NCBI GenBank assembly: GCA_008632985.1
Contig: QPGO01000068.1
Location: 186,001 to 250,000 of the forward strand
Reading direction: 5' to 3'
Length of the DNA stretch: 64,000 bases
Source of the DNA: Psammoneis japonica
Taxonomy: Eukaryota
The notes under the pieces were generated by a model, which did not search any database, was not told the DNA's origin, and saw only the letters and a list, made by a program, of their open reading frames with translations. Position 1 is the first letter of the stretch; every line of letters starts with the position of its first letter. Shown piece after piece: positions 26,377 to 36,489 of this stretch. The position numbers and the translations under genes were made by a program.

Positions 26377-27358
26377 TGAGAGCCAAGATCATGACGGGGA
26401 CGGTGGAACTCGATGCTGCAGGCATTGCAGGCAGGAACAAGCAGACGACAGGCAATCGCAAAACCGCCAACACCACCACCAACGTCGAGGAAATTAAAAC
26501 GGCTTCGAATTTGTGCCGCAAAGAGAGCGGGGTTACAAATGACCTTGGCGGAGAAGGCAAAGCTTGCCGTGCCGCCGTGTGATTCCACACCACCACCAGC
26601 AAAACGACCAATTTGATCATCAATTGGCGGCATGTGATTGTGACAGAGGGAACACGTGTTCCCATGACGGGAACGACTCACGACAACCACATCTTAGAGA
26701 CAACAACACACTTCAGTGGACATTAAAGTGGACTGGAAAATTTGGGCAACAGAGAGAGCAGTTGGACAAACATGGTGTCAGGGAAGCAGAGGGAATGACC
26801 CATTAAGACAGGGACAACAAATGGGAGGTTTGACACGACTTGACACACCAAATGAAGCAGATGTTGCATCCAGAAGGAAGCGCAATGCATGCATCAACAT
26901 GAGGAGATACAACACATTGTTTGGCATTGATTCAAATGATGTGGCAATCTTCATTGGTGCATTGGATTGGCTGACAAAGGTGCACAATTCAAAACAGTGA
27001 AACGTTGACAGAAATGCAAACATGGGGTTGGGGATGAGCACTCAAAAATGATGCAAAGACCTGTTTGAATCGAGAGAGGACACGCGAGCAACGACAAAAC
27101 CGAGAAAATCACATGCAAAAGTGCGTTCTTTTCACAACTCACCTTTCACAAAGCGACAGGAAAGGACGGAAGTTCCAAATGAGAGGAAGCCATTGGGAAG
27201 GTAAAAAAAAAAATGGAGGATGCGGTTCTCACAGGAGCAACGGAGGGAGGAAGTGTGACTTCCAGTGGCAAGTGAGATTGAGAAAGGACATGACAAAGAG
27301 TTGCTGATGAACTGACATGGTCATTGGATTGATCTGTGTGGTGTCACATGAAGTCACC

Positions 27359-28468
27359 ATGAGTCCTGCGGTGGCGGCCTTGTTGCATGCACAAAGAAAC
27401 GAACATGGGGAACTGAACAGATTCCAGCATGCAGGTGGCGATTCAAGTTCGGCGGTGACTCCCACAGAGGGATGTCTTGTGTTGGATCGTGCACCAGCGG
27501 TGGGCAAGAAATTGACAGCATCGATGTTGACTGAGGTCATCAATGAGAGTGTTTGGCCATGTCGCAAGTTCACAATCTTCGATCATGAACTCGCCGTGGG
27601 AGGAGATCACATGAAATTGGTTCTGCAGGAGTTGAGGAGCATGGCGTCTTCACCGGAGAAGTTCTGGGAAGAATGCAAAGAGGTGTTCAGGACCAAACTC
27701 AACCGAAAGAGGAACAATGTGCAGGACAACATTGGGAGGAGAATGACAGGCAAGCAGATGTGTGCGTGCCGGTGATTGTGTTGGAGGCGATTGTCCAACG
27801 GGATGAGTGTCTCTTCCTTTGCCATTGTCTGTGCAGTTGCTGCTTTAGAGGGATCGCTGGTGGCTTACGAAGACTTGATAAAGGGAAGAAATGACAAGAA
27901 CACATGCGCGTGGTTCTTGGAAACTGTGGTGCCGATGGTGGCGGGACAAGCGCAGTTTGGTGGAAGCACAACCGACATGCTTCAGGAATGGCTTTCGGTT
28001 TCGTTGGAGGCGTTTGCTCTGCCAGTGTACTTGAACTGCTGCAACAAGGTAAAGGACATGGCAGAGAAATTGGAAAAGGAAGAAAATGTTGCAAGGAGAA
28101 GAAAGCCAACTGTGAACGATGCTGCTCCTGCAAAGTGCACAGCGCAGGCAGCGGGGGAATCGGCAAAGAGGAACCAAGGATGGAGCAAGGAGGGGATCAA
28201 GAAGCACAATGATCTGTGTCAGTGGGTGGTGAAAGACAGAGAGAACAACCAGGGATTCGGTGCATGGTTCAAGGACAGAAGGCGAGAGAAGACAAACTTG
28301 TCTCAGGAGGAAAACAAGAAACGCAAAAGAGAGGAAAAAAGAAAGGAGAGAGAGGAAGGATGGGCGGCGCCAATGGGAGAGGACCTGCCATTGCAGGCGG
28401 TGGATGCAGGCAATGGAGCGGTAGCAAATGCCGCAATGGCCACCAACCAAACTGGTGTGCAAACGTAA
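27359..28468 (+). pseudogene. TE accessory protein, two exons (mutated intron 27750-27836)
   Basis: ORFs 27317-27775 and 27776-28468 join in phase across an 87-nt intron. Motifs KFWEE..F..KLNRKRNNV, SLEAFAL..Y.N, GWSKEGIKK(H)NDL and a charged coiled-coil tail. Confidence 0.6.
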
Positions 28469-29120
28469 TTTGAAACAAACAATAAAATCCAGACAAGTGA
28501 AAATTAAAAAAAACATTGTGCGATGCGGTTTAGATGCAATGGCGTGTGGCAATTGGGAATTTGGATTTGAAAACGGCATGGCAAAGAGATAAAATGTAGG
28601 ACGAGTTGGTAGAAAAGGAGGGTGGATTACAAGCAGCAACATTTGTGTTAAAAGAACGAGAAACCCCAAATGTCAATTGGGGCGCAGGTCTGCATTGTGT
28701 GAAAGGAATGACCACACTTAAAAGTGAGAAGCGATTTGGGTTTTAGAAGCTTATAAACTTGTGTAGTTCTCATATTATATTTAAGGAGAGAATTGGCTTG
28801 TAAGTTGACAACAATCTGGCATTAAAGTCAAGAAATGCCCAGATTGTGGCAGACGGTCAGACCCAGATTGTTGGCGTCCCAGATGCTGGTTGCACCACGA
28901 AACAACCATTTTATGTCCCGCTGCTTTCACAAGGCACTCCATTGACATTCTGACCAGTGGTTTGAGAATGTGTTTGCATGAAAAGCATGGAGAAGTCACT
29001 CTCAGAGTTGTTGACAATGTTTGCTCCTGTGCATGGGGAAGAGGACAGAGCCAGGTTTCCTCTCTATTGCTTGTAGGCTACTGCACCTTATCGAACTTCG
29101 TCGTCGCCGGCCGCACAGCC

Positions 29121-30338
29121 ATGGGGCCATGGCCAACCAGCGCAGCAAAAATGACGCTGTTCTCGAAGACGAAAAGAGGCAGAGGCCCTCCTTACTTCAT
29201 CAGCACCTCGAGCTTTAAAAGGTGTCTGCTATTTCTAGGAGCGGCCTGTTTTCTTCTGGCCTTTGCAACCATAAATGTGATGATACACCAGACGAGCAGT
29301 TCGATCCTTGTGCACCCACAGTGGTTTAAAGATCAGCACAATCTACTTGACTTACATAACACATTGCAGAAAGAAAGTCACCAGATTGCGAAAAGTCAGC
29401 AGAATAAAGGCGATCCTATATCAGGCAAAGAGCGTCTGGTGGAGATACTAAACACAATGAACTTTACCGATATGATTGCAGAGGAGACGTGGAAAGCGAT
29501 CCCTCCATGGTCTCGAATATCTAGGCTGTATGGCAGTGAACCGATTGTTGTTGGAATGGATCGATGTGAGGAATTCAGAGAAAATGTGTCGGAGGAAAAT
29601 CGTCTGATTGGACCGGCAGGTTTATTCAATACCGGAACTAATCTCTTGGCTGAGTTGCTCAAGAGGAATTGCGTCATGGAAGCAAGACAAAAGAAAATGG
29701 GAAAGCGCAGGGACGGAATGATTTGGCAAGTTCCTTGGGGAAAACATACGCCACTAGATTTGAGCAATCACACCATCCAGCAACCAGAGTATCAACGCAT
29801 AAACAAAGACCACGTGTTGCCTGTAATGACGATTCGTGAACCTTACGAATGGTTCAACAGCATGTGTCACAACAACTACGTGGCAAGATGGCCTCATCAA
29901 CATCGCTGTCCAAACCTCATCTTTCCAAACCAAACTTTTGTGACAGTCATGATGCAGTACTTTCATGGTTCGATCAAGCAATATCACAAAACACTCGCGC
30001 ACTTGTGGAATGATTGGAATAGACAGTACTTTGCAGAGAACTTTACACGCCCGCGCCTCGTTGTCCGTCATAAGGACTTGATTTTTTATCCAAAAGAACT
30101 TACGAAACTTGTCTGTGGTTGTGCTGGTGGAGTCTTTAAGGACCAAGACTTTAGCTATGTCATGGAAAGCGCCAAACCCAACAGGAAAGGGGCAAAGCCA
30201 TTTGATGGACTCGTGGGAAACTGGATCAAGTACGGAAAGGAATTTGACGCAACTATTTTCCCTGAGGAGGACTTGCGAATCGCAAAGGATGTGTTGGACC
30301 AAGACATTATGGATCAATTTGGCTTCAAGGGTCCCTGA
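29121..30338 (+). CDS. Sulfotransferase-like protein, paralog D (intronless)
   Basis: TM, GLFNTGTN, uninterrupted WQVPWGKH, MTIREPYEWFNSMC. Start ATG is 29121 or 29151. Confidence 0.82.
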   Translation: MGPWPTSAAKMTLFSKTKRGRGPPYFISTSSFKRCLLFLGAACFLLAFATINVMIHQTSSSILVHPQWFKDQHNLLDLHNTLQKESHQIAKSQQNKGDPISGKERLVEILNTMNFTDMIAEETWKAIPPWSRISRLYGSEPIVVGMDRCEEFRENVSEENRLIGPAGLFNTGTNLLAELLKRNCVMEARQKKMGKRRDGMIWQVPWGKHTPLDLSNHTIQQPEYQRINKDHVLPVMTIREPYEWFNSMCHNNYVARWPHQHRCPNLIFPNQTFVTVMMQYFHGSIKQYHKTLAHLWNDWNRQYFAENFTRPRLVVRHKDLIFYPKELTKLVCGCAGGVFKDQDFSYVMESAKPNRKGAKPFDGLVGNWIKYGKEFDATIFPEEDLRIAKDVLDQDIMDQFGFKGP

Positions 30339-30554
30339 AGAAACTTAGTGAAGCCTATCTCTTTGTTTCATGTGCGCTAGACGTGTGAGAACGAGTCGAG
30401 GAGCTTTTCGAATGCAGGAGGTCGGTCGGGCCCGAAATTTACTTACAAACAAAAGGAATCAGCGAATATGAATAACTCCTATTTCTTTTAAGTGGTGCTG
30501 GTGGGTGCCATATGGCGGCATCCGTAGGGCAGAGGAGATAATCAATCACTGATC

Positions 30555-31712
30555 TCAAGCACCGAAACCGCCTCCGCCAGATTTTCGTTTGTTCTTCTTT
30601 TTCTTACCACCGCCAGAACCAAAGCCCTTGATCTTGCTTTTGATTTCCGGGAAGGTTCTTAACGCTTCGAGTTTTCGTTCTGCCATGAATTTCTGTCCAG
30701 GGTCTGTCGATACCAGCTCTGGGATCTCTATGCAGTCGTATATGAATTGAAGTGCTTTTTGTTCGACGGGCGTCAAGGACGGATGCCACAGTCGAAGCAT
30801 TAGAATATAACGCATTTTGTCACTCTCATTCACAGCATCGTGCAAGATGCTTGTATCGAACAGCATGACTTCTCCGTTGATCCATTGTCTCGTATCATCT
30901 CCAACAGTCAATCGGCATTTGTTCTTTCCACTCTCTGGAATGTCCAGAGCCAAGTGTGAGGTCAAGACAAAGTTTGTAAAGTCCGAGTGCATCTTGACGT
31001 TTGTGTTTGGCTTCAAGCTGGCAAAGAAGGCCTCTACCACTGGAGCTCCGCATTCATGAACGGCTGTGGCGGCCTTGGGAAAGATATTGACATTGACAGG
31101 ATCCCACGCCCCCCTATCGTACAGAACCAACGTTCGCCATCCTTCTCCATAGGACGAAGCGTCCTCTGAGAGAGCTCCAGCCCATACGTTGTTACCTTCT
31201 TTGGTTAGCTTGTCCATGTCAGCTGTGGCACTCAGGAATTCCTCCTTAATTTCTTTGTAATGCGAGGCAAGCTTCTTGGTCCACTCAAAGTCGTTTACAT
31301 CCCAGAAAGTCCGAGCAGGAAGTCCAGGTACAAATGAGGGCGCGTGTTGATGACAATTACTCGTTTCAGGTGAGTCGACCGGTGGGTCTTGTTGGGACCC
31401 CACAAATTCATGATGTTCATAACCGGTCTCCGTAAGTCGCAATGATTCCACAACTCGAGAAGCATCGGATCCAAAACGCTCAAGAATTCCCAGTTCGATC
31501 TGTCCAGCAAACGTATTGGGGTTCAGGGGAGTCGTCAGCGGAGGAGTTGTCTCTGCCGGTCTGCTGCTAGAAGAGCTGACCATGTGGTTGCGCACAAGAG
31601 CTTGTCGGCTTTTCTGCGAGGGAGAACTGTGCAATACTCCCCATGACGATCCAACCGAAAAAGTGTGACACGCTGGAACACTCGTCGAGAGAAGTAATAT
31701 TGCGATTCTCAT
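30555..31712 (-). CDS. Aspartyl/asparaginyl beta-hydroxylase family 2OG-Fe(II) dioxygenase, probably plastid-targeted
   Basis: FFASLKP..VKMHSD, LTSHLAL, W..GEVMLFDTSILHDA.N, RYILMLRLWHP; signal peptide followed by F (CHT-FSV). Confidence 0.88.
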   Translation of the reverse strand: MRIAILLLSTSVPACHTFSVGSSWGVLHSSPSQKSRQALVRNHMVSSSSSRPAETTPPLTTPLNPNTFAGQIELGILERFGSDASRVVESLRLTETGYEHHEFVGSQQDPPVDSPETSNCHQHAPSFVPGLPARTFWDVNDFEWTKKLASHYKEIKEEFLSATADMDKLTKEGNNVWAGALSEDASSYGEGWRTLVLYDRGAWDPVNVNIFPKAATAVHECGAPVVEAFFASLKPNTNVKMHSDFTNFVLTSHLALDIPESGKNKCRLTVGDDTRQWINGEVMLFDTSILHDAVNESDKMRYILMLRLWHPSLTPVEQKALQFIYDCIEIPELVSTDPGQKFMAERKLEALRTFPEIKSKIKGFGSGGGKKKKNKRKSGGGGFGA

Positions 31713-32259
31713 TATTATCGAAAATATCAAAAGCCGCGTAGTGGCAACAAGGGACTGTTAGGATGCACACTGCAAACAGGAAGCAGAACAAGAACAGCGG
31801 CGCTATCTCAGAGAATGTTTTGATGTTCGGATGTCGAGTGATAGATGTGTGCTGTTTGCTGATGTGCTGATGATGCGGTGGAGGGAGGTGACGCGTCGGC
31901 GGCAAGACCGTCATCGAAAGATCGATTTCTTTCATCTCTTTGAATTGTTCCTGCTTGTTCCTTGTTCCCGACTTCTTGTCTCGACTGATGATGGTGTCTT
32001 CGTTGACCCATCAGCGTGAACAAAGGGAAGATGCTCCAAGATGCTCTAACAAGAAAACAAGGTTATAGACGACTGCAGGAAAAGAAGCGAGCAACGAAAA
32101 AGGATGAAGTACGACTTAATTTTATGGATCATCTTCTAATCAATCATGTTCTGCTCTCAAGTGATCCTTTCGTTTTCGTATTTGTCAACTCTCGCAATAT
32201 GAAGGGTTTCGTAATAAAAGATAATGTACAAGTGTAGGTTTCAGAGTACACTTTTCTCT

Positions 32260-32421
32260 CTAGGTCATGTGGAGGACATCACCTAGCCTGTTGCTCTTGA
32301 CTTGATGGGCTTTCCCCTTGGAATCCTTCTTGGCGTTCTTCTGCTGGTTGTTCTCGAAGCGAAGCGGCTTGGGCTGCTGTAGCTGTTTAGGATTGGACTG
32401 GTGGTTATCTTTGTTAGGCAT
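32260..32421 (-). CDS. Possible small basic protein (53 aa)
   Basis: ATG..TAG ORF MPNKDNHQSNPKQLQQPKPLRFENNQQKNAKKDSKGKAHQVKSNRLGDVLHMT with C/G-ending codon bias; possible 5' UTR splice acceptor just upstream. Confidence 0.35.
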   Translation of the reverse strand: MPNKDNHQSNPKQLQQPKPLRFENNQQKNAKKDSKGKAHQVKSNRLGDVLHMT

Positions 32422-33290
32422 GATTCTGTGTATGGGGCTCAGATTAAGAGGAACAACGAGTGAGTGGCGACGAGAGAGATGATTCGCCGAATCAGAGAAC
32501 TAGTAGGTGACATTAGTGCTCGCTGAACCGTAAATCAATCCATCACATAAAGCGATGCGCAGATTCCAGTACTTCGCCGCATCCGTACCTACTGTGCTCG
32601 TAGATTATCGTCCTGTGCACATGAACAAGCACTTACGTTTTTTGTTTACAGGAAGCTGGTTGCTGTGCTCTTTTCAGTTGAAGGCCGTGTCGTTCAATGT
32701 TGTGAGAACGAGAAGCTGGTGTCGTATGGCTGTACGCGGAAGAAAATGGTACGGTACGAGCTTGACACCTCGGGTTCTCTTGGGATGATGTTGTGGTGAT
32801 CCGTGTTGCGACAGTGTGACCAAACAATTGCGTTCGGATGGAAAATGTGACACCAAGTCGGAAATGAAAATCGAAGTTAAATATTCCTGACGTACCACGT
32901 TTTATGTACTTAGGAAAGATTTTCTTATTATCTTTCTCTACAATACCTAATGATTCCAATATAGAGATATAAGGTTTTACTTGTATATATATTGACATAA
33001 ACATGTGTTTTTATTTGCTGACTGTGTCTTCCGAACACCGATTTCGCTCGGAACGTAGAAATAGTGCGTACTCTCATGGTATGTACAAATTCTCAGAAAA
33101 GAATGATGGCACGGTCGGCGATTCCTGCGTGTGTCTGTATTCGTATTTGTAGACATGTAATTTCTCTCAACGGTCGGTCACGACTTGCGACCGGTACTCA
33201 TTCGCGATACTGAAGTGTCTTGGGTATGTATGAGCGTCATTTCCTTCCATAACAACATCGAACAAACGCCGTTGCCTTCTGTTTGAGACC

Positions 33291-34343
33291 ATGGTGTGCG
33301 GCGCTGTCCAAGCGACGCTCTATCCGTCAGGCGATGGGCCTGCATGGTCCTTATCAGCATGGTTACACTCTGAAAAAGTGACATCGTGGGAATTGGCGTT
33401 TCCGAGCTCTAAGTATAATCCTGCTATTTTGCATTCCCGAGTTGCGGAGGCCCTGGGCATTGCAGACAATGATGAGGTGGAGTTTGAGATTCATGGGAAG
33501 CGAATGAAGCTGCCTGTGACTGTCAATAGTACGATCAACTCAGACTTGACTATCAGTTGGGAAGCAGACATTGTGAAAAGCTCTACGGCTCATGAACTTG
33601 GGGGCTGTACCGCCGTGCTTTCAACGGGTGAAGAACTGTTCTTATCGGATCAAGAACTGTTTGCGCCCTCCAAGCCCGCCGAGACTAGAGGCAGAGGAAT
33701 TTTGTATTTTGATGGAGTCAGCCGTAAGGAACCCCACGTTGGTCCTGCCGGTATTGGATTTACCATTTATGCGATGAACGATAACGGCAGGGAAGGGAGT
33801 GTTCTCGTGAGTGGTTATAGATACTTGGGCACATGCACTTCAAACCATGCTGACTACCTCGCATTCATCGAGGGTTTGGAGTGGGCGATGCGATTCAGCT
33901 TTCACAAGTTATGGATCCGTGGAGATGCTCAGCTCGTTATTAACCAACTCTCGGGCAAGTTCCGTGTCAAGAGCTCCAACTTGAGAAAGATGTTTCACGA
34001 GGCCAAGGACTTGTTGGACACTGCCGAGCAAGACGGTACTACGGTGACTCTGCAGCATGTCCTTCACGACAAGAATCTTGCTGCCGAGGCTCTTGCCAAC
34101 TGTGCCGTTGACTTAAAGGCGAACGCAACTGCGTGCAACTGGAAGCACATCAATTTGTTTCTCAATCGCGAAAAATATCAAGCTCTAGCGGCGCTGGAGG
34201 AGGAGGAGAGATTGCGACGGGGGAGGCAGTTGGAGGCAGAGCATAGAGCTGCAGCAAAAGCAACCGAAGCAGTCGAAGGAGAAGAGCAGGCAGAAGCTGC
34301 ACTTGAAGAAAAGGAGGAAATCGGAGAACATGCTTCTTCCTAG
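33291..34343 (+). CDS. Protein with a type I RNase H-like domain and C-terminal coiled coil
   Basis: LYFDG.SR..P..GPAGIG, TSNHADY.A.IEGL, IRGDAQLVINQL, HV...N.AAEALAN. Confidence 0.8.
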   Translation: MVCGAVQATLYPSGDGPAWSLSAWLHSEKVTSWELAFPSSKYNPAILHSRVAEALGIADNDEVEFEIHGKRMKLPVTVNSTINSDLTISWEADIVKSSTAHELGGCTAVLSTGEELFLSDQELFAPSKPAETRGRGILYFDGVSRKEPHVGPAGIGFTIYAMNDNGREGSVLVSGYRYLGTCTSNHADYLAFIEGLEWAMRFSFHKLWIRGDAQLVINQLSGKFRVKSSNLRKMFHEAKDLLDTAEQDGTTVTLQHVLHDKNLAAEALANCAVDLKANATACNWKHINLFLNREKYQALAALEEEERLRRGRQLEAEHRAAAKATEAVEGEEQAEAALEEKEEIGEHASS

Positions 34344-34861
34344 ATAAATTGGCTTAAGTTTTTCGGTTGTTCTGAGAAGCATCGAGCTATAATAGTGCAT
34401 GTTTAATTTTGTATTTTAAGTAGTGCATCATCATCAGTATTTCTCATTACAGTATATATGGCGGTCTCTAGTAGACTAGGTATGCTTGGACATCAATCCC
34501 AGCATGTCTTGCTGGGGGGATATCGTTGACGACTGAAGTGGTCAAGCATCCTTGGCAACCGAAGCAGTCGGAGGAGAAGAGCAGGCAGAAGCTCCACTTG
34601 AAGAAAAGAGGAAATCGGAGAACATGCTTCTTCGTAGATAAACTGGCTTACGTTTTCGGTTGTTCTGAGAAGCACCTAGCTATATTGCATGTTCAAATTT
34701 GTATTTTAAAAGTGGTGAAGTATCATTAGTATTTCTTATTTCAGTATATACAGTATGGCCGTCTCTAGTAGACTATGCTTGGACCTCAATCCCAGCGCTT
34801 CCATAGTCCGGTGCCTCCTGCCGAACATGTCTTGTTGGGGGAATGTTGTTGACGACTGAAG
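34260..34861 (+). repeat. Tandem duplication (~295-bp period) of the convergent 3'-end junction
   Basis: 34260-34538 vs 34556-34861: gcaaccgaagcagtcg.aggagaagagcaggcagaag...tctctagtagact...tatgcttggac.tcaatcccagc...gttgacgactgaag. Confidence 0.92.
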
Positions 34862-36130
34862 GAGTTAACTTCTTCGGTAAAGGATCGTGCTCTGATATGG
34901 CATGTTCGCCGCCACCAGCTATGAGTACAGCTGAGTTGAACTCTTCCCAGTTTTCCAACATGAGCAGGTGACCTGCATCCTTTACGACGAAGACGTCAAT
35001 GTCTGGCGAGTGCATGCCACTTGCGCGATGTTCTCTGCAGGCATCGTGAGCCGCCAAGCCGCCCGTGTAATCCATCCAGTCGTTCTCCCCGTACAGGAAG
35101 GAAACGTGCGGGACCTTGAGCTTGGGGATTCTGTGAACGACTGGTTTTTTGGCAAAGGCCTGCGCGTCCAGGACACGGTTCAAGACATATTCGCCGCTAC
35201 CAGGCAGCATGCAGTTCGTGTGAAGGTAGTCTCCCAGGGCACTTTGTTCTTCTTCTTGTGAAACTGCTGGTAGTCGATGCTCCACATATGATGAAATCCA
35301 ACTACGACTCTTCCGCTCTGGCATGGCTCGAAGAAAGCTCGGCGGCGTACTTCCTCGCTCAAAAAGCATTGCAAAAAACGAAAACATTAGTCTCCTACTA
35401 AAAGAAGCTCGTGCCCTCATCTTGCCGGCTTCTTCTTCATCGCGCTCTGGTACACCAACAGGACTCAGCAGAATAAGACGTTCCACTCGTTCGGGGTACC
35501 TTTCGCTGTAAGCAACACTCAAGTATCCGCCCATACTGTGCCCAGCGAGTGTCATTTTCTCTATCTTATTCTTGGAACGCCATGCTTCTAGACTCTCAAC
35601 GAAAAACTCTTCTGCTGTTTCGACGGAATCGTCCTTGAGACAAAACTTGGGACGAGAGCTTAAACCCCAACCCATCAAATCAAGAGAAAAGATAGTTTTA
35701 AAGTGCCTATTCAAGCCCACAAGATTTCTATAGAAGTAAAGAGCACCTACAGGGGGAGCAGGAGAGAGCATGAAGACATAGGATTAGTCGAGGCATGAAG
35801 ATTGGGGAACCACCAACCATCGACAATACTGAACTCACCATTCATGTATCCGTGCAGCAGAACAAGAGGGGTCGACGTTTGACCTGAAACGACGTCCCTG
35901 TTATCGGAGCTGGTGACTCGCACACCGTGCATTACAAAACTCTCATCTTCTTTAGCTGCCTTTTTCAGGGGAATAGCAGATGCGGGAATTTCAGTGTCAA
36001 ACAGTTCCATCGCGTAGTCATCACTATTTCGGTTTCCGAATTCTCGAGCCAACTTGAAAAGACGAGCTTCCGCCGATCTCATAACTTCTAGCTTGGCGGC
36101 AACTTGCGCGCTGGACGTCCAGAAGAACAT
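34773..36130 (-). CDS. ABHD4/ABHD5 (CGI-58/Ict1/Cld1-like) alpha/beta hydrolase (intron 35838-35747)
   Basis: LHGY, DLMGWGLSSRP, GHSMGGY nucleophile, LILLSPVGVP, YGENDWM, AGHLLMLEN. Confidence 0.88.
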
Positions 36131-36489
36131 GTTGATTCTCGCGAGGGAGAGCAGGTGCATTCACTTTTTCTTTTACTACCAGCTACGATAAACCGTGTCA
36201 GATCAGTCACGATATCGCAATTTTTTGACCTTTCTTGTCAAAAGCTTAAGTCTGGCTGTGTTTCTTATGTCTTCCTACTTCTATTTTGCTGTCTTCGAAT
36301 TGTTTCCCATCGTCGATTGACGACTCACTCGGTCTCTCCCCTCTCCCGCCGACTGACGCGACCAAGACCAACAACGAAGTCGCGTGCGTTCTTGGATGTT
36401 CCTGATAATTTTGTGTGCTCTCAACATACGGTAGGGCCCCTACCATAACTACGTACGGCTGCGCGTTACGCGGGTCTTTACGCAATGAC

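Larger units (their letters stand above)
22768..28885. mobile_element. ~6.1-kb TIR DNA transposon with ~8-10-bp target-site duplication and cargo ORFs
   Basis: CATCTGGGACACCAACAATC (22768-22787) is inverted to GATTGTTGGCGTCCCAGATG (28866-28885; 19/20), with more inverted patches inward (atttcttga/tcaagaaat). Direct repeat TGCTGGTTGC at 22757-22766 and 28884-28893. Confidence 0.8.
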
